A stretch of DNA of 64,000 bases from Camelus ferus. Taxonomy: Eukaryota. Shown here piece by piece: positions 49,268 through 61,634 of the stretch. The notes beneath the pieces are model-generated. The model saw nothing but the letters and a program-made list of their open reading frames with translations. It was not told the origin of the DNA and ran no database searches. Both the position numbers and the translations under genes were made by a program. The DNA is taken from assembly GCF_009834535.1 (NCBI RefSeq), contig NC_045707.1, forward strand, positions 47,804,001 through 47,868,000, given 5' to 3'. Positions within the stretch are counted from its first letter, which is position 1. Each line of letters starts with the position of its first letter.

Positions 49268-50121
49268 ATAAAAAAGACTGAAATCTTGCCATTGTAACAA
49301 CATGGATGGACCTAGAAGATATTATGCTGAATGAAATGTCAGCCAGAGAAAGACAAATACTCTATAAGTTCACTTAACATGTGGAATCTAAAAGGCAAAA
49401 CAAATGAACAAACATAACTAAACAGAAACAGAGTCATAGATACAGAGAACAAACAGGTGGTTGCCAGAGGGGAGGGTGGTTTGGGGAGGAGAGAAGTAGG
49501 TGAGGGAGATTAAGAGGTACAAACTTCCAATTGCAAAATAAGTTAGTCACGGGTATGAAATGTACAATGTGGGGAATATAATCAATAATATATAGTATCT
49601 TTGGTGACAGATGGTTAACTAGACTTAGGATGGTGATCACTTTGAAATGTACAGAAATACCAAATCACTATGCTGAGTAACAAGAACTACTAACATGATG
49701 TTGTAGGTCAATTTTATTTCAAAAACAAACAAACAAAGAAAACTCATAGAAAAAGAGATCTGGTTTGTGATTGCCAGAGGTGAGGGGGAGAGGGAATTGG
49801 ACGAAAGTAGTCAAAAGGTACAAACTTCCAGTTTTGAGGTAAATAAGTACTAGAGACGTAATGTACAACATGATAAATACAGTTAACACTGCTGTGTGTT
49901 ATATATGAAAGTTGTTAAGAGAGTAAATCTTGAGAGTTCTCATCACAAAGAAAAATATTTTTTTCTTTTTCTTTGATTGTGTATCTGTATGAGATGGTGG
50001 ATGTTCACCAAACTCATTGTGTTCATTGTATCATGTTGCATGTAAGTCAGATCATTATGCCTTACAGCTTAAACTTATACATTGCTGTGTGTCAATTATA
50101 TCTCAATAAAACTGGAAGAAA
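49268..50121 (+). mobile_element. 5'-truncated L1 (ORF2 end plus bipartite 3'UTR of laurasiatherian type)
   Basis: 'gaaatcttgccatt..aacaacatggatggacctagaag', two related 'ttgccagaggg..aggtacaaacttcca' modules, terminal 'tcaattatatctcaataaaactgg' and A tail; 16-bp TSD AAAGTCT(G/A)G(G/T)GGCTTA (49252-49267 and 50122-50137). Confidence 0.92.
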
Positions 50122-52038
50122 AAAGTCTAGTGGCTTATAATTTTCAAAGGCAAAGATAAAATTTTTTCAAAATCAGAGATCTGCCTCAAAGTCTTTCCAC
50201 TGTGGCTCCTGAAGTCTGTGCTAATAAAAAAAACAAGGGAGTCTCCTTTAAGTGTCACTGGGGCCTGTTTCTCTGGACTCCAAGTGGAAATCCCCTTCCA
50301 GGTCTCCTGTGGCCCGAGCTCAGCCACCTGTCACAGAGCCTCCTAGAAGGTGACAATGAAAGTGAGCTCCCAGATCCATCCTGAGAATCCCCTGGAAGCA
50401 GTGGCAGGCTGGTGTGTTTGACACCAGACTGAAGCATTTTCTACAACCTTCTCCTCTCTTCTACAAATTTATTTTCAGCAATAATCCTATAATAATCAGT
50501 AAAAAAATTATTCTTTTCTTGATTTGTTCTTTAGTTGTAAAGCAAATGCCAAATTTAAAAAGAAGAAAAAAATATGCTTTAAATGATACTATTAAGCTTG
50601 GGAAAATATTCCATGTATTAAAAACTTGTACTTCTAAAACAAAAATATTACAACTTGCAGTTCATGCTGCTTTACTGCTTGAAATTTTAAACACAGATTA
50701 AAAACTCCGTGCCATCCCATAGAACGACAGAACTGAAGCAACCCCAGTTCTGTGTCTTTGACTTTACAGTGACTGTATTATTTTTGTTAATTTTGAATCT
50801 GAGATATGAAAGCAGGAATACATGCTACCACAGCACCACACAGATCAGGGTCATGAACTTGCCCCAAGCATTTACCTGAGTCCATGTGAGTTGGGGGCTG
50901 ACTGCATACCTGGATGTTTTCCAAAATAATTTTTATGTCAGATTCAGTATTTATTAAATGATAAATAATGAAAATGTGCTAATTTGAAGCTTATCTATAT
51001 ATTATACAACTCACTGTTAACCACAGTAATTACTTAAAGCATAGACCAAGAAAAGATTTTTCTCCAGGAGGCATATTTTTTGCCACTGATATTGTTTGGA
51101 ATTGTGATGCATGGCAATAATGGTAACAGACTGGATTATTTTTGCTTTCAGATTCTCTACAGTGTAGTCTCATATTGCCTAGACCAGAGCTTCCCATGGC
51201 CCTGAACTTGGAGCCTGGCTGCCTGGAAGAAATGAAGGTTAGTGTTCAAAAGTATTCACATAATCCTGATCATTCCAATTTTACCCATCAAATGTTATCT
51301 GTCATAAAGAAATGTGCATAGGAAAAAATGTTCACAACTTCTGAGGGAACTTGAGAGTGCTTTGTTATAAAGTGCTCTTGTTGGGTCCTTGATATTCAAA
51401 GGCTGATGGCCTGGATTTCTCCCAAATAATGCCCTACCCACCACCAGCAGGACAGTTATCCTCATTCACATGCACCACCACCCATCTTCACATATGTTTA
51501 ATCAAAACTCTGAATTTTGAGCTAGAATCAATGTGAATATATAACATATAGACTTAACTGATTAGTGACTCCTTAATTCTTTATGTAATTGACAGTGAAG
51601 ACTTGGGTAGATGGTCTGTCTGCTTGATTTCATAGCTACCCAAAGGTTTTAATGAGCACTCAGAGTTTGATTTTGATCACCCCAGCTCAACCTAAACTGG
51701 AACTTCAGCTCAGAGTGTTCAGGCAATGAGTTCTTTGGATCTTGTGCCTGGGAACTAAGAAATAGAGAGGTAGTGACTTTGTTCCTTTTATGGGGAAATT
51801 CTCTTCTCAGTAGCGTTGCTAAAAAAGCTGCCTCCCAATCTGTGAGATTCCAAGGGGGGAAAAAAGAGCTAACTCTGTGTGCATTAGAGCAGGCAAAGGA
51901 AATGTGCAGAGCAGAAAGAGAAGATGCACTCAGGCCCCGTTCCCAAGATTATGGGGGCATGGGAGAAAATGTAACAAATGTGCAGGTGAGAGAGACTATG
52001 GAAAGATGTGCTTTGTGGGAAAGTGGCCACAATTATAA

Positions 52039-52549
52039 TGTTGACTTAAGAAAATGCACAACCTAAAAGACTTGAGAGTTATGTTTTATTTGGCGGACTT
52101 TCTGAGGACTTCAGGCCTGGGAGACGGCCTCTCAGATCTCTCTAAGAGACTGTTCTGAAGAGACAGAGGAGGAGCCAGGATATGTGAGTTTTTGCAACAA
52201 AAACAAGGTAGTTGGAACATCAAAAGATTCCTGTTAATTAAAGAAAACCAGATATCTCAAGTTAAAGAATTTGGGGCTTTTTTATGTATGGGAAAATGCA
52301 AAAGTCTCAGCTCATTGAAATCATTCCTTTGTTGTGCACCTTAGCTATCTAGGGCCAGTATCCTGTTCTTTCCCATCCTGAGTCCCCTCAGGGGGCATCT
52401 TTGCAGGTGGTTGCAGAGGCCGGGCACCCTGCTAGTCTCCATCCTGAGTTCCCTCCAGCTCACTCTCTGGGGTAGCAGTAGTGGCTGATAACTTGATAGC
52501 TGCAGCATCCTTCATTTACTGATATGGCAGGCAATGTTTTTCATTCATA
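52039..52549 (-). mobile_element. ERV1-class solo LTR, antisense
   Basis: Starts TGTTG on + (LTR 3' CAACA), TTTATT near 52087 (AATAAA on -), duplicated 'ccatcctgagt' unit, approximate 4-bp TSD (ATAA/ATGA). Confidence 0.75.
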
Positions 52550-52890
52550 ATGACAACAACAATACTAAGTTGAAAACTAGAACCAGTGTACAAAGCATAC
52601 AAATAAAGCCAATGAAGCTCCAAGAGTGAAAACAAGAGAAAGCAGAGTCACAGCAGATGTTTCATGTGACAACTTAGAGCAGGATGACCGACCAAGACAG
52701 AACAAGTACGAGGTGGAGAAATAGCTCAGACCTGGGCCTTTTGCCTCCCGAACTTGAGTCTATGCCTTGTGTCAGAATTAGTGACCAAAGAAAACTATCT
52801 TTGGTTGAAGTACAGAATTAAGAATATAACTAATTTTATATTTAGCTGCATGTTTAAGACCTTAGTATTTCTATAATCAAAATCATAATG

Positions 52891-52974
52891 TATTAGGTTC
52901 AATCACTTGAAATTGCCAACATGCCTTCATTTTTTACCTATAAAAACCACAGTTTCACATGGTTCAAGCTAATA
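52891..52974. mobile_element. MADE2-like mariner MITE, 84 bp
   Basis: Inverted termini tattaggttcaatcacttgaaattgc and cagtttcacatggttcaagctaata. Confidence 0.8.
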
Positions 52975-53206
52975 GATATGAAGATATTCTCAATCAAACC
53001 TTTTGGTTTTGTTTTAAAGTTCATGTTGGAGACCCAAGGAGAACTTGTCCTTTACTAAGATTCTTACCTTCTCCTAGAGTTTGTGATTTATGAATTTGGT
53101 GCCATCTGGGGAAGTGACAGCCCCTGAAGTGTTCAGCCTGCCTCTGCCCCAGGTGTGATATGAAATTGGGGAGAAAGTTCCAGAATTGCATAGGCTGAGG
53201 GGGGTG

Positions 53207-53308
53207 ACTTGAAGACTCTGACAAAGATTTGATGCAGTGCCTTTTTTATGAATCTAACCATTGTGAAGCTTGGCATTATCTGTCTATCCGTCCACTGTAT
53301 ACTACTGG
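53207..53308 (+). repeat. 102-bp direct repeat, copy 1
   Basis: Matches 54055-54156 with 4 substitutions and two 1-bp indels. Confidence 0.97.
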
Positions 53309-54054
53309 TGCCTGCTTCTGTACATGTTTATTTCTTTTTATTGCTTTGCTTTTTACTTCCAACTCATTTGACTTCAGGTTCCAGATTTGTTTTTCTCTTT
53401 GTAAACTAGATTTTGAAATTATTATCTGGCCCATCTGTTTGCTTCTCTTAAATGAAATGTAAATTGGCTTGTTTTAAATTTCAGGTACTTTAGTTTTGAT
53501 TCTACTCTTCATCTCCATTTGGCCACAGCAGTAAATTTTTTGCTGCCAAGAACAGAGAAACCTTGCTGTTTAGAATCTTTGTCTTTAAATGAATGTGCAT
53601 TTTAGTATTAAAAATAATTCTCAGTGTTTAATAGGTTTGATTTGCTTGCTTCTAATCTTACGTGTTTGCTCTTTTTTCTCTCATTCTTTCCTGTACTGTG
53701 GCCCCACATTTATGTTCCCTTCATACTTTTTTTCATATCCTTTCTCTTTGACAAGGAACCCAAGATAAGCCACTATATGTTCCTTTCTCAAAGTTAGAAA
53801 AAAAGATGCTTCTGAGATCAGGCTGATTCCTGTGGGCCCCTTGCATAAATGATTATGGTGCATTAGATAATGACCTTTCATTGGCCAATCAATAATTATT
53901 GACCGCCTGTGCAGAATACTGTACATGCCACAGTGTGGGTAATGATAGGCACACATCGCATGAGAGACATTGAAATATTCATGGACATAGACTTTCTTGC
54001 CATTATTGCTTTCAAGATCCATCTATAATGGACTCATATTTAGAATGGAAGGAA

Positions 54055-54156
54055 ACTTGAGACTCTCACAAAGATTTGATGCAGTGCCTTTTTTATGAAT
54101 CTAACCATTGTGAAGCTTGGCATTTATCTGTCTATCCATCCACTATATGCTACTGG
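54055..54156 (+). repeat. 102-bp direct repeat, copy 2
   Basis: Matches 53207-53308. Confidence 0.97.
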
Positions 54157-54715
54157 CAGTGCTATGCTATGTAAGGTATGCAGGTAATAGGTAGACAATT
54201 GTTCTGGGGGTGGTGGAAGTTCAGCCTTACAGAATAGTCTCTCCTCCCTTAACCTCTGTCACAGTACTAAAATGCTCTCCTCTCAAGAATTACCTTAAAG
54301 GTATCTTTTCCATGTTTCATTTTATTACCTAGGAGAGGTGCTTCTTACCCAGCCACACATTAGGCAGAGCAGCTGATCCTGTCTTCACATGGCAGGGAAC
54401 AAGGCCATGAGCTACTGTGACCCAGGACTGTTTTACTTTGACTTGATGGAAGTTGTTTGGGAAAGAGCTAAAAGAAAGGTCACCTTGAATAGTCCTAGGG
54501 AAGGGGGAAAATGTCAGATCCCTCAACAAACAGGGATACTGAGAAGGAGGAATAGATGCCACAGAAGAGAACTGAACAAACACCACCAAAGCATCCACTC
54601 TTGCTTCAGTTTAGCTTTGGGCCAACCTGAGTAGGGAAGTTGCAGGGAGCAATGGAGCAAGTTCTTGGAGAGCTGGGGGAAGCTTTTATCAGCCATCTAG
54701 ATGGGGAGGTGCATA

Positions 54716-54829
54716 TGGGGAGACCAACTCATCCGGGTTCACCTGGGACTTTCCTGGTTTTAACACTGAGCAATCCATATCCCCAGAATCCCCTCAGTCC
54801 TAGGAACATCAAGCTGGTTGGTCACCCTG
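54716..54829. mobile_element. hAT-Blackjack MITE (MER81-like), ~114 bp
   Basis: Termini ggggagaccaac and gttggtcaccct; internal 'gggactttcctggttttaacactga...cccctcagtcct'. Confidence 0.8.
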
Positions 54830-57800
54830 CCTCACACCTCATATACTGAGAATACCACCCTCCTTTTCACAAATGATATTTCTAGGAAATCTGCATGAAA
54901 GTCATTCTGATATGAGCTGTGTCAAATAACGTGATTCAAACTCAAACCTTTTATTTCTTCCTGCATTTCTCTGAGTTTCTGGATCATCCTTGTAGGTTAT
55001 ATTGTCTTTTGTTTTTTGATAGCATGGGCCTTTCCTCCTGGTAGAACATTACCTCTCCCTTCCCCACTCCCCATAATTATTTTCCCTTTTTAATTTTAGA
55101 AACCAATTCATTCTAGGAATATCACCGCCTAAGGATACTGTTTGGCACAATGTGAGCAGATTCTCTAAGGGCTCTAATAGGAGTTGTGAAGCTGAGAGAT
55201 TTCAGAGGTGTCATTCTCACTAGAATTCAACAGTGGCCACCTATTTCCACGTGCAGATAAGTGTGAAGTGTGATGTGACTTCAGAAACATCAGGTCCTTG
55301 GTCCTAGGAGATAAGCAGATACTGATTTTCTCACAAGAAGCCTGGAATGTTCCAAAATACACAACACTTATAAAATATGTGCTTTCCTTTGCCCTGACAG
55401 ATCTTTGTTTAAACTATAATTTACATAAAGATATTAAGTCGTGGTCACAATCCTATATGTTTACATGAATCTATGGCAGTACCATAAAATCATTTATAAA
55501 CTTCATAACTGGACAATATTTTTAAAGACTTTAAACCAGATTAAATAATTCACTAAAAAAATGTCATTTAGGTGAACTCTAATACATTCTATTACCTGAA
55601 AGTATTTGTAACAAAATTTCACCCCATTCTAGTTCTTTGCTACAAGGTAGTCAAGTACTAATGTCCTTAGCAAGGAAAACAGTGAAAACATTCATAAATT
55701 AAGATTTTGCTCGTGAAGTCGACTTTCATTAACTTGACTAACAATGGAGAGAAAATGTATTGCTTTGGTTTTTTTAAGCTGAATGATAGTTAAAACAAAA
55801 GTTTACAAAAAGTGGTACAAAACTCAGTTAAAAATGCATCCAGTATTTAGAAACACAATTACTATTGACTAGAGGTCATCCAAAAGTGGAAAATTAACAC
55901 AAGACATTAGTTTACAAACATTAAACATTACATAAACTCTTGGTGGGGAGTATGTGTGGTGGGGGAACCAGCCATAAGGTTTTGATCTGTTAAAATAGTC
56001 TTCTATTGTTGGTGTTTCTTAGCCGAGCACTTTTATTCAGATATTTGAACAATAAGAATCCTAATAACTGAATTTTACTGATTTCTGTGTGATGTATATA
56101 AAGTTTACTTTTTTTGTTTTACATGTAAAATCTCATTTAAATCACCCAACAATCATACAGCTATAATCCCTTCACATTTACATCTCGAAGTCTACATGGT
56201 ACATATAAAGGTATGTGGTATGTGGCCCACAGCTTCTGAATTAGTGTTTGTGGAGGCAGGCCTAGGAATCCTCATTTTTAACAAGTTTCTAGATAATTGG
56301 TATGCCCTCAAAACAAAATACACGTCTAATAATTAAAGATCTGTTATTACCATTAACAGTATTCTTACTCTCTTGGGACTTGCCAGAATTAGGCAGTACC
56401 TTGCTCTCATTTTTAGTCAGAACAGATACAGTAATTTCCCAAATTAGTCTATGTGTAGAAGAGTTTCTAAACATGAGAGGAAGCTTATCTTAGTAAAGCT
56501 CATACAAAACTTGAACGTCTCTAGTAAGCAAGTTAAACCTTCCTATCCTGATATGAGTATCTTGAAAACTTTAGTGACTGTTAAGGATATAAAGTATTTT
56601 GTCTGTGGTCTTCACACATTTTATATAGTTAGAGTGGCCACAATCAGGAGACAGTAGGGGAGAGAGAGAGATCATTTTTGATCCATGATCTCCTCCCAGA
56701 AATGCCATTCCTACTAAAGTTTATGAAGAAGTAGACATTGAATTGCATATCTTTGTAAGAATATCATCTAGGAGGTTTATTTAAAGACAAGAAACACATG
56801 GTGCTAAAGTGAGCTTAAGAGCTGACACAGTGGGGAGACTGGTTAACATAAGGTCAGAGAGTTTTGGCAGAAAAACAAGCCCCTTTATGTGGCTTGGAGA
56901 AACAGAGCAAGTATTTTGAGAAATACGTTGTAGTGTGGAATAGATTTCTTTTTTAAAAAATTGAAGTAAATTTTTGCTGGCCTTTTTTTTTTTTTTTTCC
57001 CAAACATATATTTACTGTCACATAAGCCAGGACTTTCAACTTTCAAACTTGAATTTCTGGACATACCAACAAGGGCAAAAGTGCATTTTGTTCAACATGG
57101 CCTGCCAGGAATTGCCACCTCTTGTTATATTGCCTTCTGTGGAGCAAAAATCCACCACTTACCTGCCTCTTTCCTTCCTCATTCCTGCTGGTGACCTGTT
57201 TTTCCTCATTTCTTTTTTCCCTGTTCTTTCTCTCTCTCTTTCTCCCTCTTTTCTCTCTTGCATTTTTTTTTTTTTTTTCCTCAGGGGTCGGGGAGTGGAT
57301 TCATCTCTCTGAATCTCACTCTTTCTCCAGTCCCATGTCAATTCTCCCATCTCATCTTCCCAACCCACTCCAGCCCACAGTAATTTCTTCTTTTCCTGAC
57401 TTCTCATATTACTAAATGTCTACGCCAAAGACTTTGGCTCATGAATATTCTAACTCATAGTGTTGAATGTTGTCCAATTGTATTTTATGTAAAAGTCCAG
57501 TTCCTTAACTAGATCTTAAATGTTTGAGACCCAGAAAGAGAAGATATGTTACTTTTACATTTCCAACAGGGTACATAACCAATGTTTAATAAATATACAG
57601 TATTTTGAATCACGTTGAGGTTTTTTTTCCCCCACTTTCCCAATCAAATGTAATTCCTTCCTTGTTCTTGCTCAGTCCTACTAATTTTCATCTGTAACTC
57701 CTTTGATAGGCTGAGGGAGAAAAAAAGGAATTAATAATTACAATCAGTTATTCGTTAGTGGAAAGCTAAGTGTTGAAGAATATTATTATCCCTATCAAGA

Positions 57801-59004
57801 ATGAAATATAATAAACTGAATTTCATCTGAATATTTGTTCACAGTTCATACAAAGAAAGTGAAGATAGTTATATTTCAACTAATGTTGACGAGTTGGATG
57901 GTAATAGGCATTAGTCAGAAACTACTGGATAATCAATATTAATTTCAACTTTATGAAGTAGCCATGTGAAATATAGCTAGGTAGAAATTAATTTATAAAA
58001 ATGCCTTTCCTGGTTAATTTGATCATTGCTTATGTTTGGCATAACGACCTTTTACATAGTTGTTAGACATTGCATATTGGCCATGATGTTGAACATGATC
58101 TGTAGGATTTTTCCATTTACAGTCAAATAAATATTTTCAGTAACAATAAAACATTACCACGTAGAGTAAAGTCCCACAGACAGTTATAAAGGCTGAAGGA
58201 CAAGTAATCAGCAGGCTTCAGGTGACCTTTCTGAATGAGGGTAAGATCTTAGTAGAAAACAAGTGTTCAATAAACATTTGGAACATGTGAGATCAGGTTT
58301 GTTCACATGTTAATTCCTAAGTTTAATGAAAAGAGCATGAGCTGGGGTGCAGGAGAGCTGTAATTCAAGTCCCATTTTCTGCTTTCTGGCTGTGAAGCCT
58401 TGGATGAGATACTTAGTGCATTTGAACATTAATTTCCTCAACTGCAAAAGACATACAAAAATATTTCAATGGGTTTTTGAAAGTTACATAAGAAAAATCT
58501 GTAAGTGCTTGAGAAAAAAATTGCAGCTGCTTTCTGAATGATGTCATTTGTACCTCAGTTTCTCCATATTTTACAAGGTTGGATTGACATGGATGTTATG
58601 AAACAAAGATAATGAAAATTTACAATGTGAGACTCAGATCAAGAGGTATGACTTAAGGGTGAAGAATTAATCTATGAATTTAATTTGAAAAATTGCACTT
58701 CTCTATGTGTGTCTGTCATCAAGGCAACTAACATTAGCTATTTACTTTGTGAAAAATGGCCACAATTAACATGTAGGTCTACCACCCAGGCCACAGTGAA
58801 GGCAGCTCAGGGGCACTAATAACCCCACTTGGTGGGAGAGCACAGTACCCACAGTGGGCAGCAGTGGTACAGAATCATCCCCAAACTAGCTACAGCCTGG
58901 CATGCACAGCCCTGAAGACAGGCTCATCCCCAAGTGGTGGACTGGCCAGAGAAGGGGCTAGAATCCCTTACAGAGGACACCTAGCCGCAGTTCACCTTTT
59001 CTCT

Positions 59005-59220
59005 AGAATTTATTGTGTGCAGCCACCGTGCTTTACATCCACTTTCTCATTTAATCTACCCAAGAAGCTTATGAAGTTGATATTACTAGTATCTTCAATT
59101 TACAGATGAGTAAACTGAGGCACAGGAAGGTTATGTGACTGATCCTAAGGCACATGCCTAAGAAACCACAGGTAAGAGTCCAGCCCAGGCCTTCTCAATC
59201 CACAGGCTCTGCTCTTAAAT
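59005..59220 (-). mobile_element. MIR SINE
   Basis: 'tttacagatgagtaaactgaggcacaggaaggttatgtgact'. Confidence 0.8.
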
Positions 59221-60526
59221 CTTTCTGAAAGGGAAACACATTAGATATCTTTACACGAACACCACGAGAGGTGCCTCCTGGATCTGGGACTGGGTGATGG
59301 ATGTATGAAGGGAACGGCCATTTGATCAGATGGCCTCGTGTGATTTCGTCAGTCTGGTATGCTGCCCAAATGGCATAGACTCTGCTCCCAGACAGATGCT
59401 GGGTGAGAACGTCTGGTGATAAGGATGGCTGTGCGTGCTGCTGTGTGTGTCCCGGCTACCGGGTAGGTTGTCTTTTTCCAAGGGCGGGGGTTGCTCTCTC
59501 TGACTTGACCCAGATAAGTGCCAGACATGGGAGCACAGGTGCAAGATCAACTGGTCTGCTTCTTGGGTGGAATTTTCCTGCTTAAGAAAAAGAAAAAAAA
59601 AAGTGCAGGAAAACAGCAGCTTCCTATGACCTCATTCTGCTTAAAATTCCTGGATATGTCTCTGTTTCCCCTCTGGTTCCAAATTTTTTTTTTTAAACTT
59701 TTATACTAAATCCAGCTTCTTTAAAAGGAAACAAGTATCAACTTCATAAAGAAATGGCGTTGATTTTTCTTCCCAGAACATTTTGAATTACAGAGCCAAA
59801 GCATCTTATTTAATTGATCCCTGATTGAGTTTTTCCCAGATGATCAACCTTTCTTGAAAAGGTGGTTCATACTTTCTACATTAGAATCACTAGGCCTGTT
59901 CATTAAATTCAGCCAACCATTTATCAAAGCTATTTACTGAGTATGTACTATGTGACAGGCATTCTATTAGGTGTTGACTTGTGGTCCTCTCCCCAGATCT
60001 TCTGAATTGGTATCTCTGGAGGTGAGCCCAGAAACCGGATAATTTTTATTCCCTCAAAACTTTGAAGACCACTGTCCTATATTATGAATTCTTTAAATAC
60101 AGAGCTTGAGGTTTTATGTAACTTTGTTTGTGACCCCTAACCAATTGCATGGCATGATGGTGTTGATGTGTGATTGGTTACAATTCAATGAAGAAGTGAA
60201 CTTCCAAATTCACTGCTTAGAGTGACATAGGGAGATCAGACCTATCATTTATTTTTGTTTGTATTTTTATACTTTTTGATTTGCTGGTCCTGAGCCTAGC
60301 TGCTCTGACACCTGTAAGTCAAGAATCTGTTTATTTCAGAGTTCTGATTTTTCTTTTGTCCAGAGTGTGTTAACCATTAGATTATGTGTTTCTTTGCTGG
60401 GATAGTCTTAAAATCCACTTTGCTTTATTATTAAATATTCAAAGAATGTCAAATTTGAGTAGGCTTTACAAGATAAGTATGCTAACCTCTCATCTAGTAC
60501 TTAAATTTTCCCCACAGTATACTCTC

Positions 60527-60900
60527 TGTATTAGTCAGAACAGGGTTACTGCTTTAACAAACAACCTCAAAATTTCACTGTCTTCATCACAATGAAACTT
60601 ATTTCTCACTTACGTCTTATTCCAGTGCAAATAGCAGGAGGAGGCTGTGTCAGTCAGGCACCCAGGCTCCTTCTGTCTTGTGGCTCTGCCCTCAGTCAGA
60701 AAACCAAGGTCTTCCCCCTTTCAGCCAGGATATGGGGCAAGAGGGTGAGGATCACACGGGGGGTTGAAACGGCCACCCAATATGACATGTGCGGCTTTCA
60801 CTCATTTCATCAGCCAGAACTCAGCCACTGGCCCACACCTGAACTGCAGAGGAGCCTGGCACGTGTGGTCAAAGTGGCGAGCATATGTCCTCTGCCTTAG
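60527..60900 (-). mobile_element. Old MaLR (MLT1-type) LTR, antisense
   Basis: 'tgtattagtcag...ctgctttaacaaacaacctcaaaatttcactgtct...acttatttctcactta' and 'gccagaactcagccactggcccacacctgaactgcag'. Confidence 0.7.
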
Positions 60901-60924
60901 CCCCCAAGTAGTCGTATGGCCTCC

Positions 60925-61600
60925 CACCAATTCTTCCAGTGACAGAGAACTTACTACTTTTTAAGTAAGGTAACTTATCATCTTGAAACATCCCAGACTG
61001 TGAGTTCTTCTTTCATTGAGTTGAAATATATTTAGCTGCACTGGCAAGACTGTGCAATACTTAGGACCATGGTCTCTGGAATCAGACTGCTTGAGTTTGT
61101 ATCCAAACTCCATCAACTTTGGGCAGTTACTCATTTTTCAGAGTGTTTCCTCATAAGCTAATTCATGTATTGCCTGGCTTGTGCCTAACATGTAATAAAT
61201 TCTCAATAAGTATTAGTCGTTAATACTTGATATATTGGTCCTTGTTCCACCTCCATCTTCAGATATACATCCTTGTCCTTGGATGTTTAAAGATATCTCT
61301 ATCCTTGTTCTGAGTATCTTCCAGAATTGTCAGCTGTTCCTCACATGACCTCATTTAACATTCCATCTCTATCTTGTTCATGCTTCTTAGATTGTGGTCC
61401 AGTGTGTCTGTAGCCCTTGAAGAGAGTGGCCCTCTTACCAGAATATAAGATTTTGATATGCTCTGACCAAGGTAAAGGGCAGCAAAACTATAACCTTATT
61501 TTTAGCAGCTATTCCTCTATTTATGTAGTCTGAGATCACATTAGTTTTTTAAACACCACTTCACCCGGTTGTACTCACTGGTCTTACTTTCTACTAAAAT
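60925..61600 (-). mobile_element. CR1/L3 remnant interrupted by a MIR (~61035-61222, +)
   Basis: 'ttccagtgacagagaacttactac', 'ttcttctttcattgagttgaaata', 'ctgttcctcacatgacctc'; MIR 5' 'tctctggaatcagactgcttgagtttg'. Confidence 0.5.
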
Positions 61601-61604
61601 TTTT

Positions 61605-61634
61605 TAAATTTATATAAATATTTATATAAATTTA
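61605..61634. repeat. Perfect 30-bp AT-only palindrome
   Basis: TAAATTTATATAAAT|ATTTATATAAATTTA. Confidence 0.95.

Noticed and set aside
49268..50121. Two tandem L1 insertions
   Set aside because: One TSD pair encloses both modules, so the duplicated 3'UTR belongs to a single element.
53207..54156. Mini LTR retrotransposon (TRIM-like)
   Set aside because: The repeats lack TG..CA ends and no PBS, polypurine tract or outer TSD is visible.
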